Origin: Mycobacterium sp.
GTDB taxonomy: Bacteria > Actinomycetota > Actinomycetes > Mycobacteriales > Mycobacteriaceae
Direction of reading: 5' to 3'
Assembly: GCA_020438895.1 (NCBI GenBank)
Contig: JAGQTS010000060.1
Location: 1 to 46,859, forward strand
Length of the DNA stretch: 46,859 nt
Below are positions 13,249-22,437 of the stretch, piece after piece; positions within the stretch are counted from its first letter, which is position 1; every line of letters starts with the position of its first letter. The notes beneath the pieces are model-generated. The model was not told the DNA's origin, did no database searches, and was given only the letters and a program-made list of their open reading frames with translations. A program made the position numbers and the translations under genes.

Positions 13249-14211
13249 ATGAACGCGATCGAAGAGATCAAGCAGGCTGCCGAACGGATCAAGGCATCCG
13301 GAAAGAGCAAGCCGCGCAATGCCCGCCATCCGGTGAACCAGCCGATGATTGACCACTGGCTCGACGCGATCGGGGATCGCAACCCGATCTACGTCGACGA
13401 TGCCGCCGCCCGGGCCGCCGGACATCCCGGGGCGGTCGCCCCGCCGGCGATGATTCAGGTCTGGACCATGGTGGGGCTGGGCGGCACCCGGCCCGATGAC
13501 GATCCGCTGGGCAAGATCCTGGAGCTTTTCGACGTCGCCGGGTACATCGGGGTGGTGGCTACCAACTGCGAGCAGACCTATCACCGCTATCTACGGGCCG
13601 GCGAGCAGGTGAGCGTGACTGCCGAACTGACCGACGTTGTCGGCCCGAAGAACACTGCACTGGGAGAGGGCTTCTTCATCACCCAGAAGATCCTCTGGTC
13701 GGTAGGCGTCGAGGTCGTCGCCGAAATGATATGGCGGATATTGAAATTCGTACCCCGCGATGCTGTGGCGCCCGGTTCGGAGGTTCCGGCCGACCTCGAT
13801 CTCGATCAGTTGATGCGCCCTGCGGTATCGCGCGACAGCCAGTTTTTCTGGGACGGAGTCAACGCCCACGAGCTCCGTATCCAGCGGCGGCCGGACGGTC
13901 GGCTGCAGCATCCGCCGGTTCCCGCAGTCTGGCAGGCCGCCGATGTCCCCAGCGACTATGTGATCTCCAGCGGCAGGGGATCGGTCTTCAGCTTCGTCGT
14001 CCACCACGCACCGAAAGTCCCGGGCCGTACCCTGCCGTTCGTGATCGCCCTGGTCGAACTTGAGGAGGGGGTGCGGATGCTTGGTGAGCTCCGTACCGTC
14101 GACCCGGCGGCGGTGACCATCGGGATGCCCGTCCGTGCGACGTTCATCGACTTCCCCGACCGGGACGGTGGACCGGGGTGGACTCTCTACGCTTGGGAGC
14201 CGGACCGATGA
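13249..14211 (+). CDS. chsH2: ChsH2, MaoC-like hydratase plus DUF35/OB-fold (Rv3542c-like)
   Basis: N-terminal hot-dog region (DAIGDRNPIY, APPAMIQVWTM) and C-terminal OB-fold (ALVELEEGVRM). Confidence 0.9.
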   Translation: MNAIEEIKQAAERIKASGKSKPRNARHPVNQPMIDHWLDAIGDRNPIYVDDAAARAAGHPGAVAPPAMIQVWTMVGLGGTRPDDDPLGKILELFDVAGYIGVVATNCEQTYHRYLRAGEQVSVTAELTDVVGPKNTALGEGFFITQKILWSVGVEVVAEMIWRILKFVPRDAVAPGSEVPADLDLDQLMRPAVSRDSQFFWDGVNAHELRIQRRPDGRLQHPPVPAVWQAADVPSDYVISSGRGSVFSFVVHHAPKVPGRTLPFVIALVELEEGVRMLGELRTVDPAAVTIGMPVRATFIDFPDRDGGPGWTLYAWEPDR

Positions 14212-14609
14212 GCGCTCCCATGGTTGAGGTCGGAACCGTACTACCGGAACTTGCGCTCTACGGTGATCCGACCTTCATCGTCTCGACGGCGATCGCCACC
14301 CGCGATTACCAGGACGTCCACCACGATCGGGACAAGGCTCAGGCCAAAGGTTCCAAGGACATCTTCGTCAACATTCTCACCGACACCGGCCTGGTGCAGC
14401 GGTTCGTCACCGACTGGGCCGGGCCGACCGCGGTGATCAAATCGATCGCGTTGCGTCTCGGGGTGCCGTGGTACGCCTATGACACCGTCACCTTCCGCGG
14501 CGAGGTGACCGCCGTCGAGGAGGGGGTGGTCACGGTGAAGGTTGTCGGCGCCAACAGCCTCGGTGACCACGTCATCGCGACGGTCACGTTCGTTTTCGGA
14601 GGTTGCTGA
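14208..14609 (+). CDS. chsH1: ChsH1, MaoC-like hydratase (Rv3541c-like)
   Basis: Catalytic TRDYQDVHHD motif; ATGA overlap with chsH2. Confidence 0.9.
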   Translation: MSAPMVEVGTVLPELALYGDPTFIVSTAIATRDYQDVHHDRDKAQAKGSKDIFVNILTDTGLVQRFVTDWAGPTAVIKSIALRLGVPWYAYDTVTFRGEVTAVEEGVVTVKVVGANSLGDHVIATVTFVFGGC

Positions 14610-15775
14610 TGTCCGGAGCGCTATCCGGTAAGGCTGCGATCGTGGGGATCGGTGCCACCGACTTCTCCAAGGATTCCGGCCGCAGTGAGTTGCGACTTGC
14701 TGCCGAGGCCGTCAACGACGCCCTCGATGACGCCGGGCTCACACCCGCCGATGTCGACGGCATGGTGACCTTCACGATGGACTCCAATACCGAAGTGGCC
14801 GTTGCCCGCGCGACGGGTATCGGTGAGCTCACATTCTTCTCCAAGATTCATCACGGCGGCGGTGCCGCCTGCGCGACGGTTCAGCAGGCGGCGATGGCGG
14901 TGGCTACCGGTGTTGCGGAATGCGTTGTGGCGTATCGGGCCTTCAACGAACGCTCGGGCATGCGTTTCGGTCAGGTGCAGTTGCGGCTGATGCAGGGTGC
15001 GGACTCCACCAGCGTCGACAACTCGTTCTGTTACCCGCACGGGCTGTCCACCCCTGCTGCCCAGGTCGCCATGATCGCCCGTCGTTACATGCATGTGTCC
15101 GGAGCGTCGAGCCGCGATTTCGGGGCGGTCTCTGTCGCCGACCGCCGTCATGCCGCGAACAATCCCAAGGCGTACTTCTACGGCAAGCCGATCACCATTG
15201 AGGACCATCAGAATTCACGGTGGATCGCCGAGCCGCTGCGCCTGCTCGACTGCTGCCAGGAAACCGATGGCGGGGTGGCGATCGTGGTGACTTCCGCCGA
15301 CCGGGCGCGCGACCTCAAGCACCGGCCGGTGACCATCGAGGCCGCCGCCCAAGGCTCCAGCCCGGACCAGTATTCGATGACCAGCTACTACCGGCCGGAA
15401 CTCGGCCTTCCGGAGATGGGACTGGTCGGCCGGCAACTCTGGTCGCAGTCCGGTCTGGACCCCGCCGACATCCAGACGGCGGTTCTCTATGACCACTTCA
15501 CCCCGTTCACCCTCATCCAACTTGAGGAGCTCGGATTTTGTGGGCGCGGTGAGGCTAAGGACTTCGTCGCCGACGGTGCGATCGAAATCGGCGGTCGGCT
15601 ACCCATCAACACCCACGGCGGCCAACTCGGCGAGGCATATATCCACGGGATGAACGGCATCGCCGAGGGCGTCCGTCAGCTTCGCGGACGTTCGGTGAAT
15701 CAAGTCGACGGCGTCGAACATGTCTTGGTGACGGCGGGCACCGGCGTGCCCACGTCGGGTTTGATCCTCGGCTGA
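14609..15775 (+). CDS. ltp2: Ltp2 thiolase-like aldolase
   Basis: SCP-x thiolase-like sequence (LYDHF, INTHGGQLGEAYIHG); last canonical igr gene. Confidence 0.92.
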   Translation: MSGALSGKAAIVGIGATDFSKDSGRSELRLAAEAVNDALDDAGLTPADVDGMVTFTMDSNTEVAVARATGIGELTFFSKIHHGGGAACATVQQAAMAVATGVAECVVAYRAFNERSGMRFGQVQLRLMQGADSTSVDNSFCYPHGLSTPAAQVAMIARRYMHVSGASSRDFGAVSVADRRHAANNPKAYFYGKPITIEDHQNSRWIAEPLRLLDCCQETDGGVAIVVTSADRARDLKHRPVTIEAAAQGSSPDQYSMTSYYRPELGLPEMGLVGRQLWSQSGLDPADIQTAVLYDHFTPFTLIQLEELGFCGRGEAKDFVADGAIEIGGRLPINTHGGQLGEAYIHGMNGIAEGVRQLRGRSVNQVDGVEHVLVTAGTGVPTSGLILG

Positions 15776-15780
15776 CGCGG

Positions 15781-16866
15781 ATGGTCGATATCGAAGCGCT
15801 GGAAGCGGCCGGAATCGCGAACGCACGTCAGCGCGTGGGACTGCTCACCTACCTGGACGGCCTCGGCTTCAGTGTGGCCGAGATGGTGGAAGCCGACCGG
15901 TCCGGCCGGCTTTTCGGACTCGCAGGTGACGTCCTTCAATGGAGCGGACCGCCGCTCTACTCCATCCGGACCGCAGCAGCATCACTCGGCGTGCCGGCAG
16001 ACGACGTCGCCCGCGCCTGGGCCCTGCTCGGCCTGGACGCGGGCGGTCCGGATGACGTCTCGCTGAGCCAGGCTGATGTGGATGTGCTGACAACCTGGAT
16101 TGATATGAAGAAGTGGTTCGGCGACACCGAGGCGTACTCATTTCTGCGGGTGCTGGGCTCGGTGATGGCTCGGCTGGCCGAGGCGGAATCGGCGGCCACC
16201 CGAGCGCGCGTTCCGGACATCCAGATTCACCACACCGGTGATGAACTCGCCACCGCGAAGGCATACCGGGCGGCCGCCGCATTCATCCCCCGAATCGGTG
16301 CACTCATCGACGTCGTGCACCGCCACCACGTCATCAGCGCTCGGAACCACTTCGAACAGGTCATCCGGGATTCGTCGGCCAGTGTGGTGTGCGGTGTCGG
16401 GTTCGCCGACCTATCCGGGTTCACCGCGCTCACCCAGAGGCTCACCCCGACGGAGCTGTCCGCATTGCTCAACGAATTCAGTGCCACTGTCAGCGATGTG
16501 CTGCACGCTGACGGGGGCCGCATCGTGAAGTTCATCGGCGATGAGGTGATGTGGGTCAGCGCCACGCCGCATGCCCTCGCTGAGGCGGCAACCGATCTCG
16601 TCAACCACCCCAAAGCTTTCGAGGTCGGCTTGCGGGTCCGGGCCGGTCTCGGTTGGGGTGACGCGCTGGCCATCAACGGCGATTACTTCGGGATCATGGT
16701 GAACCTGGCAGCCCGGCTGGTCGGCGCGGCACGTCCAGGTCAGATTCTTGCTGCGGAAGCGGTCCACGACGAGCTGCCGGACTGGCCCGCCGCCGAGTGT
16801 AAACCGCTGATGCTCAAAGGGTTCGATGCTCCGGTCACCGCCTACGAACTGCACCGTGCCGGGTGA
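15781..16866 (+). CDS. Class III adenylate cyclase with N-terminal regulatory domain (Rv1264/Rv2212-like architecture)
   Basis: GFADLSGFT, VKFIGDEVM, GDYFG and VNLAARL motifs. Confidence 0.88.
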   Translation: MVDIEALEAAGIANARQRVGLLTYLDGLGFSVAEMVEADRSGRLFGLAGDVLQWSGPPLYSIRTAAASLGVPADDVARAWALLGLDAGGPDDVSLSQADVDVLTTWIDMKKWFGDTEAYSFLRVLGSVMARLAEAESAATRARVPDIQIHHTGDELATAKAYRAAAAFIPRIGALIDVVHRHHVISARNHFEQVIRDSSASVVCGVGFADLSGFTALTQRLTPTELSALLNEFSATVSDVLHADGGRIVKFIGDEVMWVSATPHALAEAATDLVNHPKAFEVGLRVRAGLGWGDALAINGDYFGIMVNLAARLVGAARPGQILAAEAVHDELPDWPAAECKPLMLKGFDAPVTAYELHRAG

Positions 16867-16930
16867 GCCTTGCATCCGAAATGCCGAAATGATCGGTGGT
16901 GGCTACCGGACGGGCGCATGATTGTTGCTC

Positions 16931-17818
16931 ATGCGCGCTGACATCCTTGCTGTCCTTGAGGTCGCCAACGGTGTCGGCGAGAGTCCGGTCTGGGACGAGG
17001 GCGTTCTCCGCTGGGTCGACATCACGGGCCGTGCCGTCCATGCCTTGTCCGCCGATGGCGTCGTTTCGAGTCATGTCATGCCCGATTTCCCCTGCTTCTT
17101 GGCGTTGCGCCGCGGCGGCGGCGCCGTCGTCGGGTTACCCAACCGGTTGTCCTACCTTGACCTGGTGACCGGCGAGTTGTCCGCCTTCCTCGAGGTGGAG
17201 CCGGACCGGCCGGACAACCGATGTAATGAAGGTGGAGCCGACCCATCGGGTCGACTCTGGTTCGGAACCATGACGAACAACCTGACCTCTGACGGCGAGG
17301 CGAAGCCGATCACCGCTGCGACCGGCGGACTGTACCGAGTCGATCCCGGCGGTGCCTGCACCCGAATGCTCGACGGCATCGGCCTGTCGAACACCCTCGC
17401 CTGGTCGCCGGACTGCATGACGATGTACTTCGGTGACACCTTGGACAACCAGATCCGCCGCTACCGACTCGGGCCCGGCGGTGATATCGAATCGGGTACG
17501 GACTTCCACGGCGCACCGCCGAACGGCCGCTGCGACGGATCCGCCCTCGACTCCGAGGGCTACCTCTGGAACGCCCGTTTCGGCGCGGGCTGTCTCGTCC
17601 GCTTCGCCCCGGACGGGACCGTGGACGCGCGCGTCGAACTACCGGTGAGCAACCCCACGTCGTGCTGCTTCGGTGGCCCGGACCTGACGACGCTCTACGT
17701 GACATCCGCGCGTTTCGGCCTCACGCAGGCCGAGCTCGCGGCGAACCCTCACGAAGGGTCACTGGTCGTCCTGTCAACCGATGCCTCGGGGGTGCCGACA
17801 TATCGGTTTGCCGGCTGA
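16931..17818 (+). CDS. SMP-30/gluconolactonase/LRE family beta-propeller
   Basis: GESPVWD, RCNEG, SNTLAWSPD, CDG and PTSCCFGG...LYVTSA motifs. Confidence 0.88.
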   Translation: MRADILAVLEVANGVGESPVWDEGVLRWVDITGRAVHALSADGVVSSHVMPDFPCFLALRRGGGAVVGLPNRLSYLDLVTGELSAFLEVEPDRPDNRCNEGGADPSGRLWFGTMTNNLTSDGEAKPITAATGGLYRVDPGGACTRMLDGIGLSNTLAWSPDCMTMYFGDTLDNQIRRYRLGPGGDIESGTDFHGAPPNGRCDGSALDSEGYLWNARFGAGCLVRFAPDGTVDARVELPVSNPTSCCFGGPDLTTLYVTSARFGLTQAELAANPHEGSLVVLSTDASGVPTYRFAG

Positions 17819-17826
17819 TCCCGGAA

Positions 17827-19779
17827 TCAGCTGCCGGCGCTCGGATCGATGACGGCGACAGCGGCCTGTGCCCATGCCAGGACGACGATGAGGCTGGCCG
17901 TGGTGATCAGTCCGACGTCGGCTGCGATCGGCAGGCCGATGGCATTGACGAGACCACCGATCAGGTCGCCGCCGAGGATCTGCTGGACGCCTTCGAGGAA
18001 CAGGTCGATGTTGTAGGCCGGCAGCATCGTCACGAGGGCGTTGACGATGTCGGCTGTCGGCAGCAGTGCGGCGTAGATCGCGGCTGCGGAATAAGAAATC
18101 CGTTCTGCGATCCCCAACACCGCGTCTTGCACGGCGCTGATGATGCTGTCCGGGGTAGGCAACGAGAACGATGGGCTGGGCAACGTGATCGACGCCAATT
18201 CCTGGGCGATCGATCCGTTGGGGCCGAAGTCGGCGATGAAATCGTTGATGCCCTGTCCTACCCCGGCCACCAGTTTCTCCAGGACTTCAAAGGGGTTGAC
18301 GTCGGGGAACACCCCGAACGGCTGCAGCACGTTGGCGTCGGGCTGGGTGGCCGAGGTGAAACCGTGCGCCGGATCGGCGTAGCCCAGGTCGACGATCACC
18401 TTCAGCACTGGCTGGATCAGATCGGCGATCGGATTGCCGATGAGCGGGATCGCCCGCAGCGGTTCGAGCAGCGGCAGGTTCTCGGTCGGCATGAAGTAGT
18501 ACTGCTGGGTGGGCGAGGTGGTGGGCAGCGGGATGGCCTCTTCAACCTGCTCCTTGGTCAGGCAGAAGCTGCCGGTGCAGTCGACCGCGGGGACATATTG
18601 GGTGTGGACCAACACGATTCCCAGGCCGGCATTGAGGACCGAGAGGAAGTTCATAGGGTAGCGGGGGAAGTCGGCGAAGCCGTCGTACTCCCGTGCGTAG
18701 CTCACGGTGGGGTAGGCGTCTTCGGGTATCGCTCCATAGAACGGGATACCCAGGCTCGGTAGATTGAGGTCCGGGAATCGGGACAGGAAACCGCCGTCGG
18801 GATTCATCTCGTTGGCGACGAGAACGAAGTTGATCGAGTCCGCCAGGTCATCGGGGATCGTCGGCAACGGGAAATCCGGCGGGACGTAGGGCGAGCCCGG
18901 CGGAACGTATCCGGCCTGCAGCAGCGACGAGATGATCGAGCTTTGGGAGTATCCGAACACGGTGGTCGTCGTGCCATCGGGCAGCGCATCCAGGGTTTCC
19001 GACAGAATCGTCAATCCCTGATCCACCGACGTGTTCAACGGCAGGCTCTTGACACCGGTGATGGGGTAGAGGCCTTCGGGAGTGAAGACCACCTGCGGTG
19101 CGTCAGCTCCCTCCGGGCTGTTGGGCAGGATGTAAAAGTCCATGACGGTGTCGACGTAATGCGTCGACGGGATCGGCACCCCGCTGGGCCCCATGATCAC
19201 GGGCTGGGTGGCGGCCGCCGGCTGGACCGCGAGTGCTCCCACCCGGGCACTGGCAACCTCCCGCCGTGTGTAGGCCAGCGCCGTCCATCCCAGTGCCGAA
19301 CCGACAGGGACGGCCGGATCGCCGTCAGCCACCAATTCGGTTACCGGGTTCGTCAGTGCGACAATCGAACCCAACTCCGGTGCCGTCTCGGGTGCGGGAA
19401 GTGCTGCAGCAACACCTGACGGCACTGTCACCGCCGACGCGGAGCGCGGACTCAGGCTGGCTGCCGGACTGGCAGCGCGGTGTGCTGTCGACGGTGCGGT
19501 CGCGGCCCGCGGCGGCGTCGCCGTGCTCAACGGCAGGGCGGACCGGTCGGTGGCCGACCCGGATCCGATGCCACCCGTCCTTCGAGGCACTGCCCCGGAC
19601 TGAGCCCGGCGGTTCTTCGTCGACGATGCCGTCGCGGAATCAGAGGACGCCGATGAGGCGCCGGGTGCCGATGACGGACTCTCGGCCGATGCCACGGCTG
19701 CATATTGGAATGCAGCAGCACCCACTCCGAGTGCGATGGCAAGGCCACCGACGCGACCAACGAATGTCCAGGCGGGCAT
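17827..19779 (-). CDS. Secreted PE-PPE domain (PF08237-type) serine alpha/beta hydrolase
   Basis: Hydrophobic signal ending in ASA, Ser/Ala/Pro-rich linker, then TPEGLYP, GYSQS, NPDGG, EYDGFADFP and NPIADLIQP..VDLGY motifs. Confidence 0.85.
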   Translation of the reverse strand: MPAWTFVGRVGGLAIALGVGAAAFQYAAVASAESPSSAPGASSASSDSATASSTKNRRAQSGAVPRRTGGIGSGSATDRSALPLSTATPPRAATAPSTAHRAASPAASLSPRSASAVTVPSGVAAALPAPETAPELGSIVALTNPVTELVADGDPAVPVGSALGWTALAYTRREVASARVGALAVQPAAATQPVIMGPSGVPIPSTHYVDTVMDFYILPNSPEGADAPQVVFTPEGLYPITGVKSLPLNTSVDQGLTILSETLDALPDGTTTTVFGYSQSSIISSLLQAGYVPPGSPYVPPDFPLPTIPDDLADSINFVLVANEMNPDGGFLSRFPDLNLPSLGIPFYGAIPEDAYPTVSYAREYDGFADFPRYPMNFLSVLNAGLGIVLVHTQYVPAVDCTGSFCLTKEQVEEAIPLPTTSPTQQYYFMPTENLPLLEPLRAIPLIGNPIADLIQPVLKVIVDLGYADPAHGFTSATQPDANVLQPFGVFPDVNPFEVLEKLVAGVGQGINDFIADFGPNGSIAQELASITLPSPSFSLPTPDSIISAVQDAVLGIAERISYSAAAIYAALLPTADIVNALVTMLPAYNIDLFLEGVQQILGGDLIGGLVNAIGLPIAADVGLITTASLIVVLAWAQAAVAVIDPSAGS

Positions 19780-19848
19780 GGCAACTCCGAATCGAAGGAT
19801 AAGAAAAACCTGACAGAAACCTTAACGTGGAATGTAGACCACAACCGC

Positions 19849-20709
19849 CTAAGCCGGTACCAGTTCCACGCCAGACAGCACCGGGGCGTCTTCTCGGCCC
19901 GGTGCGGTCACGACGGAAATGTACCGACCGTCGTCCATCCAGATCGCTGCCCGCAACGTCTCCCCCGGAAATACCACGCCGGCGAACCGGCCACCGAACG
20001 ATTCCACCCGGGCAGCGTCACCGTCGAGGACGGAATCGACCAGGGCCTTGCAGGTCATTCCGTAGGTGCACAGTCCGTGCAGGATCGGGCGGGGAAAGCC
20101 GGCCGCCGCGGCGAACGCGGGATCGGAGTGCAGCGGATTGCGGTCGCCGCACATGCGGTACAGCAATGCCTGGCGAGGCAGGGTAGCGATGTCGACCTCC
20201 AGATCAGGGGAACGTCCGGGCGGACCGGCGGACGCCGAGGGGCCGCGCTCCCCCCCGAAACCGCCTTCGCCGCGGGCGAAGATCGACCGCCGCGTGATCC
20301 ACAAGGGTGTGCCATCGGCCGAGGTCACCGTCGTCTCGTTGTCGATCACGGCGGCCTTACCCTTGTCCCAAACACCGGTGATGCGGGTGACTGCCCTGGC
20401 CGATCCGCTCGGCGGCAGTGGCGCCGCCACCGTTACCGACTCGCTGGCGTGCAAGACCCGGCTCAGTTCGATCTCGATGCCGGGGAAGCGGACGGTGGGG
20501 GGTTCGGTCATGTGGAAGCTCGCCGCCACGCTGGAGAAGGTCGGAAGGACCGGGGGGTCGACGTCGGCGAGGTACCGCAGTTCCCGGGGGTCCAGCGGGT
20601 CCGCCCCGGCGCCCAAGGCCAGGTGGTAGAGCTGCACATCGCTGCTCTGCCAGGAGAATTCGATGGGATCCAACTCCGCGGACAACGCTATCTGGGGATT
20701 GATCGTCAT
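19849..20709 (-). CDS. hsd4B: Double hot-dog (R)-hydratase ChsH3/Hsd4B (Rv3538-like)
   Basis: YRMCGDRNPLHSDP and ILHGLCTYG motifs; downstream of kstD. Confidence 0.88.
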   Translation of the reverse strand: MTINPQIALSAELDPIEFSWQSSDVQLYHLALGAGADPLDPRELRYLADVDPPVLPTFSSVAASFHMTEPPTVRFPGIEIELSRVLHASESVTVAAPLPPSGSARAVTRITGVWDKGKAAVIDNETTVTSADGTPLWITRRSIFARGEGGFGGERGPSASAGPPGRSPDLEVDIATLPRQALLYRMCGDRNPLHSDPAFAAAAGFPRPILHGLCTYGMTCKALVDSVLDGDAARVESFGGRFAGVVFPGETLRAAIWMDDGRYISVVTAPGREDAPVLSGVELVPA

Positions 20710-22421
20710 CAGCGCTGCCCGGCCTCCGATGTCGCGGGCCGCTCGGCGCCGGCCAGATGCAGCGCTGCCAGATAGCCGAATGTCATCGCCGGGCCGATGG
20801 TGCCGCCCGGACCGGGGTAGGTGTGACCCATCACCGGCGCGCTGGCGTTCCCGGCGGCATACAACCCCTCGATCACCGACCCGTCGGCACGCAGGGCCCG
20901 GCCGTGGACGTCGGTTCGGATACCGCCCTTGGTTCCCAGGTCGCCGGGCACCAAGCTGGCGGCGTAGTAGGGGGGATGGGCGATCGGACCCAGGTTGGGG
21001 TTCGGTTTGTTGGTCGGGTCACCGTAGTAGCGGTCATAGGCGCTGCGGCCGCGGTGGAAGTCTTCGTCCACACCGCTCGCGGCGAATCCGTTGAATCGTT
21101 TCACCGTCGAGCGAAACTGATCGGAGGGGAGGCCGGTGGCGGCAGCGAGTTCTTCGAGGGTCTCTGCCTTGACGATGACACCCGAGTCCAGCCACTTCTG
21201 CGGAATACGTTGTCCGGGCTGCAATCCGGCGAAAATGTAGCGGTTCCGGTACTGCTGGTCGAAGATCAGCCAGGCGGGGATGTGCTGTCCCGGTCCGGGA
21301 CCTTGGCCGTGCTCGCCGCCGTACATCCGGTGGCAGGCCTCTACGTAGGGCATCGACTCGTTCATGAACCGCTGCCCCGAGGTGTTGACGATCATCGAAC
21401 CCGGGGAGTTGCGTTCCGATAGGGCGAACCAGGGTGCGCCCTCCAGCGGAACCGTTGGTCCCCACCAGGCGTCCTCCATGAGATCCAAAGCAGCGCCGAG
21501 CCTTTCCGCGGCGACGATTCCATCACCGGTATTGGCGGCGGCCCCCACCGTCCATTCGGTTCCGATCGGCTCGCGCTGATACTTCCGTCGCATCGCCTCG
21601 TTGTGTTCGAAGCCACCGCTGCCCAGGATCACACCGCGTCTGGCTCGGATCAGCAACGGCTCATCCGATGTTGTGGTATCGGCTTCCTGAACATAAATAC
21701 CGCGTACGACACCGTCTTCGACGTACAGGTCGGTCAGTGCGGTGTTCAGCAGGACCGGAACCCCCGCCTGGCGCAACCCGATTCGCAGTGGCGCTATCAG
21801 GGCACGTCCCATGCCGACCAGGTTCTTACCCCGCAGGCCCGCCCAGGCCGTTCGAGCGCCCACCTTCAGGCTGCGGACGACCCCGCGCGGGTGGCGTTTC
21901 ATCTGATTCAGCCGCACATAGTCCTGCTGCATCACCACAACGTTCAGTGGCACCTTGCCGTAGGGCGGTTCCAGGCCCGGCAGATCGGGTCCGAGCAGTG
22001 CGGCGTCGAAGGGTTCCGGCTCGATCGAGCGTCCCCCGGCCCGGCCGCCTGGTTCCTCCGGGTAGTAGTCGGAGTAGCCGGGCACCCAACACATCTTCAA
22101 CGGTGAGTGCTTCAGGACGAAGGACAGCATCTCCGGGCCGCGTTGGAGGTAGGTGTCGATCTTCTCCGGCGGGACCACGTCACCGACGATCGCGTGCAGG
22201 TAGGCGCGGGCCGCCTCGGGAGTGTCGGTGACGCCGTCGCGCTTGAGGATCTCGTTGTTGGGGATCCATACCCCGCCTCCGGACCGCGCCGTTGAACCCC
22301 CGAAGTGGGCCGCCTTTTCCACGACGACAGCCGACAGACCCTGATGGGCGGCCGTCAGCGCGGCGACCATGCCGGCGGCGCCGCTCCCGACGACGACGAC
22401 GTCGAACTCGGAGGCTGTCAT
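20709..22421 (-). CDS. kstD: 3-ketosteroid Delta1-dehydrogenase
   Basis: GSGAAG FAD motif, GGSTARSGGG, GDLGTKGG and YPGPGGTIG motifs. Confidence 0.94.
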   Translation of the reverse strand: MTASEFDVVVVGSGAAGMVAALTAAHQGLSAVVVEKAAHFGGSTARSGGGVWIPNNEILKRDGVTDTPEAARAYLHAIVGDVVPPEKIDTYLQRGPEMLSFVLKHSPLKMCWVPGYSDYYPEEPGGRAGGRSIEPEPFDAALLGPDLPGLEPPYGKVPLNVVVMQQDYVRLNQMKRHPRGVVRSLKVGARTAWAGLRGKNLVGMGRALIAPLRIGLRQAGVPVLLNTALTDLYVEDGVVRGIYVQEADTTTSDEPLLIRARRGVILGSGGFEHNEAMRRKYQREPIGTEWTVGAAANTGDGIVAAERLGAALDLMEDAWWGPTVPLEGAPWFALSERNSPGSMIVNTSGQRFMNESMPYVEACHRMYGGEHGQGPGPGQHIPAWLIFDQQYRNRYIFAGLQPGQRIPQKWLDSGVIVKAETLEELAAATGLPSDQFRSTVKRFNGFAASGVDEDFHRGRSAYDRYYGDPTNKPNPNLGPIAHPPYYAASLVPGDLGTKGGIRTDVHGRALRADGSVIEGLYAAGNASAPVMGHTYPGPGGTIGPAMTFGYLAALHLAGAERPATSEAGQR

Positions 22422-22423
22422 AC

Positions 22424-22437
22424 TAGAACACGTTATA
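22424..22437. promoter_or_regulatory. KstR operator (kstD/hsaE)
   Basis: TAGAACACGTTATA, 2 nt from the kstD start codon. Confidence 0.93.

Noticed and set aside
19380-19690. Low-complexity Ser/Ala/Pro coding stretch as a tandem DNA repeat
   Set aside because: No regular nucleotide period is visible; it is explained as a protein linker.
17662-20775. Long plus-strand ORFs 17662-18762 and 19705-20775
   Set aside because: They are antisense shadows of the PE-PPE and hsd4B genes, typical of high-GC codon bias, and show no recognisable motifs.
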